Assembly: GCA_020049045.1 (NCBI GenBank)
Contig: JAIFLN010000055.1
Location: 25,941 to 89,940 of the forward strand
DNA from: Spirochaetota bacterium
GTDB lineage: Bacteria; Spirochaetota; Spirochaetia; JABEVK01
DNA length: 64,000 nucleotides
Reading direction: 5' to 3'
A model generated the notes under the pieces. It searched no databases. It was not told the origin of the DNA and was given only the letters and a program-made list of their open reading frames with translations. Shown here piece after piece: positions 55,526-64,000 of this stretch (position 1 is its first letter; each line of letters starts with the position of its first letter). Both the position numbers and the translations under genes were made by a program.

Positions 55526-56638
55526 GCCCGAACGTTTGTTCATAAGGCCTGTCATCTCGTCGATGGTCGCAAAACGTTTCAGAATCTCTTCGGCTTCCTT
55601 CATCTTCGTGATGTCGGCTAAACCCATGAGCAGCATATCCTCGCCGTTATACTGTATCAGGTGGGAAGACATCAGCACGACAAGACTCACACCAACCGGC
55701 AGCGTCAGAACCATCTCGACATTTTCTACGGTGACGCCTGCCTTCAGCTGATCCATCAGAACTTGCATATTTCCCTGCCGGACGGACAGCATGGCGGAAA
55801 GATTCAGGACGGGGGTTTCGAGCCTAGGAAGCTTCAGAACCTCGTGGGCCAGATGATTCAATTTCAACACCTGAAACGTAGAACCATCGAGCAAGAACAT
55901 GGCGGCCGGGGCGGTTTCAAAGAGCCGTTCCATGTTTTTATGGCTGTTTTCGATCTCTTCCATCGCCACTTCGATCTGCTTTTGGGCTGGACGGAAAATA
56001 AAGAGAACTTCCAAAGTCAAGGTAAGGATGGTGAGGATCAGAATGACAATCTCGACGATTTTGATCGCTTCGACTTTGAGCTTCGATTCTGAGTCGTACT
56101 GAAAGACAATCGCATCCATGCCCTTGAGAAAGGACTGTTCCTGGGCCTGAATGACCCGCAGGGGGACGATCAACCTTTCTTGGGCATAGCCCTCTTCGGC
56201 AACGGTCTGAAGCACCTGCTTGCCAGCAGCGAGCATGTCCTGGTACTGGGCTTCGATTCCAGCAAACATTTCGACAACCTTGGGGCTGTTGCTACCCGGC
56301 AGCCCCAGTTCCTTGTCGCCGTGCTGCAGGCCCCGGTGCGAACGCTCCCAGAGGGCCAGTGAGGCTCCCAGTTCGGTCGAATACCTTTTGCGCATTTCAG
56401 TGTCGAGACTGACGTAAAGACCAAAGACAGCCTTGTTGATCCGCTGACTGAGCATGCGTTGGCGTCCGGCAATATTGACAATACGAGAATCATCCTGCTG
56501 GAAAAAAATTGCCAGTTGTATCATTCCCTGGCTAAAGAGAACCAGACAGCCAATGAGGCTGAGGGCCAGGACATAGCGCTTGCGGAGCATGCGGCCCATT
56601 TCGCGGCTTTTCGGCTTGGTGAAGTTCACAGTTTCCAT
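55052..56638 (-). CDS. diguanylate cyclase with an N-terminal PilJ/NarX-type periplasmic sensor, a PAS-like region and a GGDEF domain
   Basis: The sensor region has IVNIAGRQRMLSQRINKA and a TM segment (IVEIVILILTILTL). The catalytic region has DEMTGLMNKRSG...VDGLKAVNDTYGHEEGD...RYGGDEIVLVL. Confidence 0.88.
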   Translation of the reverse strand: METVNFTKPKSREMGRMLRKRYVLALSLIGCLVLFSQGMIQLAIFFQQDDSRIVNIAGRQRMLSQRINKAVFGLYVSLDTEMRKRYSTELGASLALWERSHRGLQHGDKELGLPGSNSPKVVEMFAGIEAQYQDMLAAGKQVLQTVAEEGYAQERLIVPLRVIQAQEQSFLKGMDAIVFQYDSESKLKVEAIKIVEIVILILTILTLTLEVLFIFRPAQKQIEVAMEEIENSHKNMERLFETAPAAMFLLDGSTFQVLKLNHLAHEVLKLPRLETPVLNLSAMLSVRQGNMQVLMDQLKAGVTVENVEMVLTLPVGVSLVVLMSSHLIQYNGEDMLLMGLADITKMKEAEEILKRFATIDEMTGLMNKRSGLQLLTNAMQRVQGGQGTLSLCFMDVDGLKAVNDTYGHEEGDFYIQTIAQVVRTTVSAQDTVFRYGGDEIVLVLGDCDRQAAAAVLLRLEQSIAQKASESGKSYRMHVSMGLAVCGDVPGETPESLLIRADQAMYQNKRADKAKAGLSRFIDQVGHRV

Positions 56639-56751
56639 TGATTCTGATTCTAAAGTAAGTAAGGGGGGTTAACAAGGTGAACTGAAATCTGGCAGGGGCT
56701 AGAATAAACACTCGTCATATCTATTTTCACTATGTTTTTCTCAATTACTAC

Positions 56752-56780
56752 TTGACTACTCCCAAGAGGTTTGCTTCAAT
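56752..56780 (+). promoter_or_regulatory. candidate sigma70-type promoter of adhE
   Basis: TTGACT at 56752-56757 is followed by a 17-nt spacer and then TTCAAT at 56775-56780. The AGGAG RBS lies at about 56816-56820. Confidence 0.3.
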
Positions 56781-56789
56781 AGATTCAAG

Positions 56790-56801
56790 TATATCGATAT
56801 A
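56790..56801. promoter_or_regulatory. perfect 12-bp palindrome TATATCGATATA in the adhE leader
   Basis: I read it directly from the sequence. It lies between the candidate -10 element and the RBS. Confidence 0.25.
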
Positions 56802-56826
56802 TATGAATCTATACAAGGAGTATCAA

Positions 56827-59463
56827 ATGGATTCTACTGCAAATCTGTACCCAGCCCTCCAAGAGGGCGCTAAATCCGCTGAGGAGCTCGAGCTTCTCGT
56901 GACCCGAGTCAAAAAAGCTCAGGCACTCTACGCCAAATTTCCCCAGGAAAAGGTTGATGAAATTTTCCGACAAGCAGCTCTGGCGGCCAACCGCAGCCGC
57001 ATTCCGCTTGCCCAAATGGCGGTCGCTGAAACCAGAATGGGTATTGTCGAAGACAAAGTGATCAAGAATCACTTTGCCAGCGAGTTTATCTATAACAAAT
57101 ACCGCGATGAGAAGACCTGCGGTGTCTTGGAGCGTGACGAGGCTCAGGGCATTACCAAAATCGCCGAGCCCGTTGGTATCCTCGCCGGCGTTATTCCCAC
57201 CACCAATCCCACTTCGACTGCCATCTTCAAGGCCTTGCTGGCGCTCAAGACGCGGAATGCCATCATTTTTGCACCCCACCCCCGGGCTAAAGGTTGCACC
57301 GCCGAAGCTGCCAAGGTGGTGCGAGACGCCGCTGTTGCTGCCGGGGCTCCTCAAGATCTTGTGGCCTGGATCAGTGAACCCCAGGTGGAGCTGACCAACC
57401 TTCTGATGCGTCACAAGAGCATTGCCCTCATATTGGCCACTGGTGGGCCCGGTATGGTCAAGGCCGCCTATTCTTCCGGAAACCCCGCCATCGGCGTCGG
57501 CGCCGGCAATACACCTGCGGTCATCGACGAAACCTCTGACATTGTGACTGCAGTCAACTCCATTCTCTTGTCAAAGACGTTCGACAACGGAGTGATCTGC
57601 GCCAGCGAACAGGCCGTCGTGGTAGTCGAAAGCCGCTATAAGGCTGTTAAGGATGAGCTGACTGCCCGCGGCGCACTGGTCGTCACCGGAAAGGACCGTG
57701 ACAAGCTGGCGGCCGTTATTCTCAAGGACGGAAAGCTCAACGGTGAAATCGTAGGTCAAAGCGCAGGTCAGATCGCCAAACTTGCCGGTATCGAGGCTCC
57801 CAAGGATGTGAAGGTGTTGGTGGGCGAAGCCGAGAAGGTGGCAGCCGACGAGCCCTTTGCGTTTGAGAAACTGTCACCGGTTCTGGGTCTGTACAAAGCT
57901 AAGGACTTTGAGGCAGCCGTCGAGCTGGCCCGTAAGCTGGTTGAGTTTGGCGGCCTGGGACACACTTCGGTACTCTATACCGACCCCCTGAACACCGACC
58001 GCATCCACCGCTTCAGCGACGTGGTTCGTACCGCCCGGGTGCTCGTGAATATGCCCTCCAGCCAAGGGGCGATCGGTGACATCTACAACTTCAAACTTGA
58101 GCCCTCGTTGACCCTGGGCTGCGGTTCATGGGGAGGCAACAGTGTTAGCGAGAATGTCGGGGTGAAGCACCTGCTGAACGTGAAGACGGTGGCCGAGCGC
58201 CGCGAAAATATGCTGTGGTTCAATCTGCCGCCCAAGGTATACCACAAGTTTGGTTGCCTCGCTCCGGCCCTGCGAGAATTGGCCGCCGGCAAGAAGCGGG
58301 TATTCCTGGTCACCGACAAGGTGCTGGCCGACATGGGCTTTACCGACAAAGTCACCAGTATCCTCGAGGAATTGGGCGTTGACACGCAGATTTTTGCCGA
58401 AGTTGAACCCGATCCGACGCTGGGTACCGTGCTCAAGGGTGTCGAACGCATGAAGAACTTTGCCCCCGACACCATCATCGCTCTGGGCGGAGGATCCCCG
58501 ATGGACGCCGCCAAACTGCTGTGGGTCCTCTACGAGCACCCTGAAGTCAAGTTTGAAGACCTGGCCCTTCGGTTCATGGACATTAAGAAGCGCATTTATC
58601 AGTTTCCCAAGCTCGGAATCAAGGCCAGTTTTGTTGCCATTCCTACCACATCGGGTACCGGCTCAGAAGTAACACCCTTTGCCGTCGTCACCGACGAAAA
58701 GACAGGGGTGAAGTACCCCTTGGCCGACTACGAGCTCACACCCAGTGTGGCCATCATCGATCCGGAGTTGACGCTCAATATGCCGAAGGGACTGACGGCT
58801 GCCGGTGGTATTGATGCGCTCGTCCATAGTCTCGAAGCCATGGCCTCGGTGCTGAGCACCGAGTTCACCAACGCGCTGGCGCTGGAGGCTATCCGTCTGT
58901 TGTTCAAGTATCTACCGGATTCCTACGAAAAGGGTGCCAAGGACCCCAAGGCCCGCGCCAAGGTTCACAATGCCTCGACCATGGCCGGCATGGCCTTTGC
59001 CAACGCCTTCCTGGGCATCTGTCACAGCTTGGCCCACAAGCTTGGTGGAGAGTTTCACATTCCCCACGGCGTTGCCAATGCGCTGCTGATCAGTCAGGTC
59101 ATCCGCTTCAACGCCACCGATGTGCCGGTCAAGCAGGCTGTGTTCAGTCAGTACACTCATCCCGAGGCCAAGGCGCGCTACAGCCGCGTCGCCGACCATC
59201 TGCTGCTCGGCGGCAAGACAATGGACGATAAGGTGGACCGGCTGGTGGCCAAGATCGAGGAACTGAAGGAGAAGCTGAACATTCCCAAGTCGATACAGGC
59301 GTGCGGTGTACCCGAAGCCGATTTCCTGGCAGCGGTCGACGCACTGGCCGTTAAAGCTTTTGACGACCAATGTACCGGTGCCAACCCCAGGTTCCCGCTG
59401 ATCAGCGAGCTCAAGCAGATCTACCTTGATGCGTACTACGGTAGGATTCCTGCTCAAGCATAA
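56827..59463 (+). CDS. adhE: bifunctional acetaldehyde-CoA / alcohol dehydrogenase
   Basis: An N-terminal ALDH domain is followed by a C-terminal iron-ADH domain (GGGSPMDAAK, PTTSGTGSEVTPFAV, HSLAHKLGGEFHIPHG). The start is trimmed to the ATG at 56827. Confidence 0.95.
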   Translation: MDSTANLYPALQEGAKSAEELELLVTRVKKAQALYAKFPQEKVDEIFRQAALAANRSRIPLAQMAVAETRMGIVEDKVIKNHFASEFIYNKYRDEKTCGVLERDEAQGITKIAEPVGILAGVIPTTNPTSTAIFKALLALKTRNAIIFAPHPRAKGCTAEAAKVVRDAAVAAGAPQDLVAWISEPQVELTNLLMRHKSIALILATGGPGMVKAAYSSGNPAIGVGAGNTPAVIDETSDIVTAVNSILLSKTFDNGVICASEQAVVVVESRYKAVKDELTARGALVVTGKDRDKLAAVILKDGKLNGEIVGQSAGQIAKLAGIEAPKDVKVLVGEAEKVAADEPFAFEKLSPVLGLYKAKDFEAAVELARKLVEFGGLGHTSVLYTDPLNTDRIHRFSDVVRTARVLVNMPSSQGAIGDIYNFKLEPSLTLGCGSWGGNSVSENVGVKHLLNVKTVAERRENMLWFNLPPKVYHKFGCLAPALRELAAGKKRVFLVTDKVLADMGFTDKVTSILEELGVDTQIFAEVEPDPTLGTVLKGVERMKNFAPDTIIALGGGSPMDAAKLLWVLYEHPEVKFEDLALRFMDIKKRIYQFPKLGIKASFVAIPTTSGTGSEVTPFAVVTDEKTGVKYPLADYELTPSVAIIDPELTLNMPKGLTAAGGIDALVHSLEAMASVLSTEFTNALALEAIRLLFKYLPDSYEKGAKDPKARAKVHNASTMAGMAFANAFLGICHSLAHKLGGEFHIPHGVANALLISQVIRFNATDVPVKQAVFSQYTHPEAKARYSRVADHLLLGGKTMDDKVDRLVAKIEELKEKLNIPKSIQACGVPEADFLAAVDALAVKAFDDQCTGANPRFPLISELKQIYLDAYYGRIPAQA

Positions 59464-59478
59464 ACTCAGGACATTTCA

Positions 59479-59537
59479 GGGGTTGCGGTTATAGCGGATG
59501 CTCACTCAAACGTCATCCAGCTCAAAACCGCAACCCC
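59479..59537. terminator. 12-bp perfect inverted repeat between convergent adhE and the GH43 gene (possible bidirectional terminator)
   Basis: GGGGTTGCGGTT lies at 59479-59490 and AACCGCAACCCC at 59526-59537. An inner GGATG/CATCC pairing is also present. The right arm lies inside the last codons of the GH43 gene. Confidence 0.4.
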
Positions 59538-60872
59538 AATTGACGTCAGCACAACGTCGTGAACGCTCACTCCCGCCGGAAACTCGAGCCGTGCTTTCGA
59601 GACAGAAAACGGCTCTGCCTGATCCTGGGGTTGGAGAGTGATCCGGGCGAGGACAGGTCCCTCGGGAGCATCCAGCCTCAATTCCACCGCCCCTGGACTG
59701 CCGATCCAGCCGATGCGAACGGTGGCAGGTTGCCGGGAGAAATCCATCTGACGAAACCGGAGAAAACCACCCGGCAACAATCGGATGGCTCCTTCATGAC
59801 CCCGACCAGCTACCCATTCTGCCTTTTGCGCAAGGTCAGCATCCTGCATCCAATGCAGACCTTGCCCTGGTTCCAGGACCATCTGCTGCTGCTCAGGCTC
59901 AAGAATACCGGGATCACGGCCAGGGAAAATAGGCTTGAGACTCCCGTCTGCTTCCACCTTCACACGGTCAAGACCGACTCTCCGGTGCTGGGTTGATCCG
60001 TGGGGCACGTGGTAGGCCACATACCACTGCCCCTTAAACCGTGCCAAACCCTGCTGATTGTTACAGGCTCCGGGAGCAACGGGATAGATCCAGTGGCGGG
60101 GATTGCGGAAAGGACCAAATTGGGAATCGGACACGCAGTAACGGATATAGGGGCCTTCGGGATCCTGATCGGTATAGTCGCTGGGCTTGGCTCCATCATA
60201 ATTTTTGTAAGCCATATAGGTGAAGTAATACTGCGACCCGATCTTGTCGATCATTGGTCCTTCGATGTATTCCGTCGCACCACCAATCTTTTTTGGAATC
60301 TCGATTTCGAAGATAGGACCAGCGAGCGACAAAAAATCCGGAGCTAAACGGGCGGCATACACGGCAAACTGCCCAAAAAGCAGGTAAGGATTACCCGACT
60401 CGTCCCAAATCACCGTAGGACTTAGGCAAGCCCGGATGGTGGCGTCAGAAAACCCTGCGGACTTAAGATCGGCATTGGTCACCAGCGGTTTGCCAAGAAC
60501 GTCACGGTAGTGCCCGGCCGGAGAGTCTGCCTGGAAAACACCGATTTCAAAGGATTCTTCGGCATCGTTTCGAACGGGGAAGAAAGCCATATAATGGTTC
60601 CCCACCCGAAATCCGGCGTCACCGTCCCAGACCGCCCTTCCCTTGGCCCAGGGTACATCGAAGGCGCTGAAAATGGAACCGTGGTTGACCCAATGCACAA
60701 AGTCCTCGGTAGAAAACGCCTTGTAGTCAAACATATTTTCCCAGTCATCGTCCTGGGACATACGGTCAGCGGTAGCCTGATCGTGGGTGACAAAAAGATA
60801 GAACCGGCCGTCGATTTCACGGCAAGTGGGATCAGCATGGAAAAGGTGATCGGGAGTCAAGAGGTTGAGCAC
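59502..60872 (-). CDS. glycoside hydrolase family 43 enzyme with a C-terminal CBM6-like domain
   Basis: HADPTCREIDGRFYLFVTHD is the N-terminal GH43 blade with the catalytic Asp. A five-bladed-propeller-sized body is followed by FLRFRQMDFS...VELRLDAPEGPVLARI, a CBM6-like pattern. Confidence 0.82.
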   Translation of the reverse strand: MLNLLTPDHLFHADPTCREIDGRFYLFVTHDQATADRMSQDDDWENMFDYKAFSTEDFVHWVNHGSIFSAFDVPWAKGRAVWDGDAGFRVGNHYMAFFPVRNDAEESFEIGVFQADSPAGHYRDVLGKPLVTNADLKSAGFSDATIRACLSPTVIWDESGNPYLLFGQFAVYAARLAPDFLSLAGPIFEIEIPKKIGGATEYIEGPMIDKIGSQYYFTYMAYKNYDGAKPSDYTDQDPEGPYIRYCVSDSQFGPFRNPRHWIYPVAPGACNNQQGLARFKGQWYVAYHVPHGSTQHRRVGLDRVKVEADGSLKPIFPGRDPGILEPEQQQMVLEPGQGLHWMQDADLAQKAEWVAGRGHEGAIRLLPGGFLRFRQMDFSRQPATVRIGWIGSPGAVELRLDAPEGPVLARITLQPQDQAEPFSVSKARLEFPAGVSVHDVVLTSIGVAVLSWMTFE

Positions 60873-60891
60873 GATTGTTCCCTTCTGTTAA

Positions 60892-61899
60892 TTAGGATTG
60901 AAACGGATTGTATTTCCGAAAGGCCTTGAGTTCTCCTTGCAACGCTTCCAGGGGAATTTCAACAGCCTTTGGTTGGGAATACATTTTGTACATAAATCCG
61001 CCCTTGGGTGTCGCCAAATTCTCCACCATCTGTTGGCAATAGTCTTCTACGGCAGCAAGGTCGCAATTTCCTGAGGTAAACTGGATATCTGCTGGATTGA
61101 AAAAGCAAATTTTCCCCCTCCAATGGGACAGTGTGTCCAAACCCATGCTTTTCTGTTGGTCCAGCTGAAGGACATCCACGCCAATTTCGATCAGGTCGTC
61201 GATGATTTCGAGAATATAGCCACAGCAATGGAAAATAAACTTCAATCCTTTCTGATGCACAAGCTGTATCAGCCGTCGCATTGGTTCCTTAAAGAAGGAT
61301 CTCCACATTTCGGGAGCAATCATCAGGCTGTTCTGCAAACCCCAGTCTTCCCAGACAATCACAGCATCCAAACCGATTGCGGCGTAACGTTCGACGGCTT
61401 GCTCACACTTTTCATCAATCAGAGCAATCAAGGTTTTCAACCGCTCGGGTTCCAGATAGAAATCTGTCATAAAATTCTGGTAGCCTCGAAAATCGATCAG
61501 ATTCATCATGCGGAAGCCCAGCCCCCCCATCAGAAACAGATAGGGACGCTGTTCGCGCATCCGCGAGGCCAACTCATAGCGACGGCTGAGTCTCCAGTCC
61601 GGCACCTCTTGATACCAGCGGTGCCAGTTATCCCAATCCTCGAGAGGGTGAACGACCACTTCTCCGAAGGTATATCCAGCAGTTTTCCAGACACACCCCC
61701 ACTCGTCGGCACCATCGGGACCAGGGACAAAATCAGGATCGGAGTTCGAGACCACCGCCATATCGCTCAGGCTGTCGGACTGCAACAGCCGGGCCAGTTC
61801 ACTGTTGAACTCGTTGTTCCGGTCAATGGAAGTACAGAGGGGAATCTTGTCAGGATTTTGGAATTCAATGGCGCGAAGTGTCCGTTCTCTTGAGTTCAC
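60892..61899 (-). CDS. uroporphyrinogen decarboxylase (URO-D) family protein, MT2/MtaA-like
   Basis: SRERTLRAIEFQNPDKIPL is a URO-D-family N-terminus. The protein is TIM-barrel sized. FHCCG matches the HxCG zinc motif of corrinoid-dependent MT2 enzymes. Confidence 0.7.
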   Translation of the reverse strand: MNSRERTLRAIEFQNPDKIPLCTSIDRNNEFNSELARLLQSDSLSDMAVVSNSDPDFVPGPDGADEWGCVWKTAGYTFGEVVVHPLEDWDNWHRWYQEVPDWRLSRRYELASRMREQRPYLFLMGGLGFRMMNLIDFRGYQNFMTDFYLEPERLKTLIALIDEKCEQAVERYAAIGLDAVIVWEDWGLQNSLMIAPEMWRSFFKEPMRRLIQLVHQKGLKFIFHCCGYILEIIDDLIEIGVDVLQLDQQKSMGLDTLSHWRGKICFFNPADIQFTSGNCDLAAVEDYCQQMVENLATPKGGFMYKMYSQPKAVEIPLEALQGELKAFRKYNPFQS

Positions 61900-62726
61900 T
61901 TAAGCACCGCCCCTGCAGTGAAACTTTTCTCAACTTGGTGACTGAACACCAGATAGAACAGAACAACCGGAATGCTCGAAATCACAATGGCGGCCGACAT
62001 GGGTGCCCATTGAGTCGAGAACTCTCCTTGGAACGCCATGAGGCCCAGAGGCAAAGTCTTGTTGACATTGCTGTTAATCAAAGTGGCGGCCATAATAAAC
62101 TCATTCCAGACATTCAAAAAAGTAAAGATACCAACAGCAGAAATGGCCGGCATGATAACAGGAAGAATGATGGAAAAAAAAGTCCTGTAGAGGCTACAAC
62201 CGTCGATGGCTGCCGCCTGCTCCAATTCCGAAGGTAAGCTGCGTAGAAAATTGGTGAACACATACACCCCTAAGGGCAGTCCCATCGAGATATAGGGAAG
62301 GATAATTCCGGCCTGCTGTCCTAACAGCCCAATGTTTTTGAGGATAATGAAAAGCGGGATCAGAGTGACATGAACGGGAACCATTAAACCGGCGAGAAAA
62401 AGGAAAAGTACCAGCCCGCTGATTTTCCACTTCATGCGCGAAATGGCGTAGGCGACCATGCTGCTCATGAGCAGGGTCAAAGTCACGCAAACCGCTGAAA
62501 TCAGGACGCTGTTGAGAAAATAGTTTCCAATATTACCTTCTTTCCAAGCTTTTCCATAATTTTCTACTCTCCAGACTTCGGGCAACGAGAACGCGCCCTT
62601 GGTGATGATTTCGCCATTTGTCTTGAAAGAAGAAAGGAGGAGCCAAATGAGCGGTAACAGTTGAATCAAGGCAAAGACAACGAGCACAATATAGACGAGC
62701 GGTTTATCCCAGCGTTTGAAGGCCAT
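61896..62726 (-). CDS. carbohydrate ABC transporter permease (MalG-like)
   Basis: The EAA loop is ELEQAAAIDGCSLYRTFFSIILP and six TM segments are apparent. The start is trimmed to the ATG at 62726. Confidence 0.88.
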   Translation of the reverse strand: MAFKRWDKPLVYIVLVVFALIQLLPLIWLLLSSFKTNGEIITKGAFSLPEVWRVENYGKAWKEGNIGNYFLNSVLISAVCVTLTLLMSSMVAYAISRMKWKISGLVLFLFLAGLMVPVHVTLIPLFIILKNIGLLGQQAGIILPYISMGLPLGVYVFTNFLRSLPSELEQAAAIDGCSLYRTFFSIILPVIMPAISAVGIFTFLNVWNEFIMAATLINSNVNKTLPLGLMAFQGEFSTQWAPMSAAIVISSIPVVLFYLVFSHQVEKSFTAGAVLK

Positions 62727-62737
62727 ATTGTCCCCTC

Positions 62738-63622
62738 TTAGTATTCGATTTTTTCTCGCGACAACAGGGTATTCAGCATCCAAGCAATGACGAGGCACTC
62801 AACCAAAAGGAAGATTGCAATGGTACTTCCATACCCATACTGCATTTTAGAAAAGGCTTCTTGATACATCTGAATGGCAACAGTCATGGTGGAATTGATT
62901 GGCCCGCCTCCGGTCATGACAAAGACTTGGTCAAAGACTTTTAATGCGCCGATTGCGGCCATGACAACGCATACCTTGAGGACATCACGGATCAGCGGAA
63001 GGGTGATATGCCAGGTAGCCTTCAAGCCACTGGCACCATCGATTGTGGCTGCCTCGTAGTATTGTTCTGGAATTCCCTTAAGTCCGGAATACAGGAGGAT
63101 GAAATGGAAGCCTATCCCCTGCCAGGCCACGGAGAAACAGACAGCATACAGAGCCATTTGTGGGTCGGAAAGCCAGAGTTGCTCCCAGTTTTCCAAACCC
63201 AAAGCTTGAAAAAGCTGATTGAGGATTCCGTAGTTGGGTTCGTAGACTTTGTTCCAAAGAATGGACATAGCAACGGCAGAAATCATCATAGGAACAAAGT
63301 AGACTGTCTTAAAGAAGCGTAAGCCCCGGGTGTAGTGGTTTAGGAGCAAGGCAAAGAGAAACCCTAAAGGTATTTGCACCACGATCAGAAACACAAAGAG
63401 AACTAGCGTATTGCCAACGTTTTGCCAAAAACCCGTATCCCGAAATAGAAGTTGCAGATAGTTATCCAAGCCGACAAACTTCATTTCACCCCACCCTCGC
63501 CAGTTAAAAAAACTGAGGTAAGTCGTGACCAAAATCGGCAGCAGGAACATGACCAGATAGATCAACAAAGCAGGCACAACGAAAATAGCAATTGCCTTTT
63601 TGTCCCTCAAGACTTTATCCAT
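62738..63622 (-). CDS. carbohydrate ABC transporter permease (MalF-like)
   Basis: The EAA loop is YYEAATIDGASGLKATWHITLPLI and the protein is multi-TM. Confidence 0.88.
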   Translation of the reverse strand: MDKVLRDKKAIAIFVVPALLIYLVMFLLPILVTTYLSFFNWRGWGEMKFVGLDNYLQLLFRDTGFWQNVGNTLVLFVFLIVVQIPLGFLFALLLNHYTRGLRFFKTVYFVPMMISAVAMSILWNKVYEPNYGILNQLFQALGLENWEQLWLSDPQMALYAVCFSVAWQGIGFHFILLYSGLKGIPEQYYEAATIDGASGLKATWHITLPLIRDVLKVCVVMAAIGALKVFDQVFVMTGGGPINSTMTVAIQMYQEAFSKMQYGYGSTIAIFLLVECLVIAWMLNTLLSREKIEY

Positions 63623-63645
63623 GCGATATCCCTTATTGGATGAAA

Positions 63646-63667
63646 CCCGGGGTCAAAAGACCCCGGG
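63646..63667 (-). terminator. intercistronic GC-rich stem-loop between the binding-protein and permease genes
   Basis: CCCGGGGTC, AAAA, GACCCCGGG form a 9-bp perfect stem with a 4-nt loop. On the minus strand only TTT follows, so it may be an mRNA stabiliser or attenuator rather than a full terminator. Confidence 0.4.
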
Positions 63668-63676
63668 GAAAGGAAA

Positions 63677-64000
63677 CTAAGGCTTCAGAATTTTCTGAAG
63701 CTCCTCAACGTATTTCTCCGTAGTAATCGTACCAGAATAATGAAGCTGACTCAGATCGCGCATGGGAAGTCCCACGGCAGCGTCAACCACGCCGAACCAC
63801 CAAGGCTGCGTCATCGTGAATTTCGGGGTATCGTCCAAGTACTGCTGATAGGCCGGGTGAGGAGGCGTATCGGCCTTTGCATCGGTGACAATCCAACCCG
63901 GCTGACCTTTTTTTACCTTAAGATCGTTCACGACTTTGGAATAGGCTACCGCGAATTTAACCGCTTCAGCAGGGAATTTTGTTTTGCCAGCGACCATCAT
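63677..64000 (-). CDS. ABC transporter extracellular solute-binding protein, C-terminal part (5' end beyond the window)
   Basis: The ORF is open to the window edge and lies directly upstream of two sugar permease genes. The assignment rests mainly on context. Confidence 0.55.
   Translation of the reverse strand: MMVAGKTKFPAEAVKFAVAYSKVVNDLKVKKGQPGWIVTDAKADTPPHPAYQQYLDDTPKFTMTQPWWFGVVDAAVGLPMRDLSQLHYSGTITTEKYVEELQKILKP

Noticed and set aside
56639-56826. A Rex operator (TTGTGAAnnnnnnTTCACAA type) upstream of adhE.
   Set aside because: I scanned by eye and found no acceptable match. Only the unrelated TATATCGATATA palindrome is present.
1-64000. tRNA, rRNA, tmRNA, SRP RNA, transposase or integrase genes, and prophage remnants.
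   Set aside because: The coding density leaves no gap large enough for rRNA or IS elements. I recognised no tRNA-like cloverleaf region or transposase/integrase motif in the translations. Small RNAs cannot be formally excluded without dedicated tools.

Overview
The window is gene-dense, with no unassigned gap over about 200 nt, and is bacterial chromosomal DNA from a diderm organism (BamA/TamB/Skp, LptF/G-family permeases, ExbB/ExbD/TonB-like). Gene content and order are reminiscent of Spirochaetota, but that is inference only. From 1 to about 42.3 kb the genes are almost all minus-strand housekeeping operons. These are: an HD-GYP protein plus a FlhB-C-like protein; ffh-rpsP-KH-rimM-trmD-rplS; smc with two unknown downstream genes; murJ-tgt-lptF/G; M16 peptidase-pnp-rpsO; ribF-truB-rbfA-infB-nusA-rimP; comF; mutS; and an exbB-exbD-tonB-like-tamB-bamA-skp envelope operon. 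Many gene junctions are 4-nt ATGA/GTGA overlaps. From about 43.5 kb the content becomes accessory. An orphan N6-adenine methyltransferase is translationally coupled to a COG0523 (CobW-type) GTPase and a PocR-AraC regulator. Diverging from these is a plus-strand operon: MtaB-type methanol:corrinoid methyltransferase, RACo-type reductive activase, a second PocR-AraC paralog, CobU, CobS, a CbiR-like TIM-barrel protein and CobQ. No corrinoid-binding protein or adjacent MT2 methyltransferase is visible, which makes this island the most unusual part of the window. It is followed by a PilJ/PAS/GGDEF diguanylate cyclase that overlaps the run-on 3' end of cobQ, then adhE, then a GH43 / UroD-family / sugar ABC transporter cluster. 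I recognised no rRNA, tRNA, CRISPR array, transposase or integrase by eye. Small RNAs cannot be excluded without covariance-model searches. All family assignments come from motif recognition in the supplied translations or my own translations, not from database searches.
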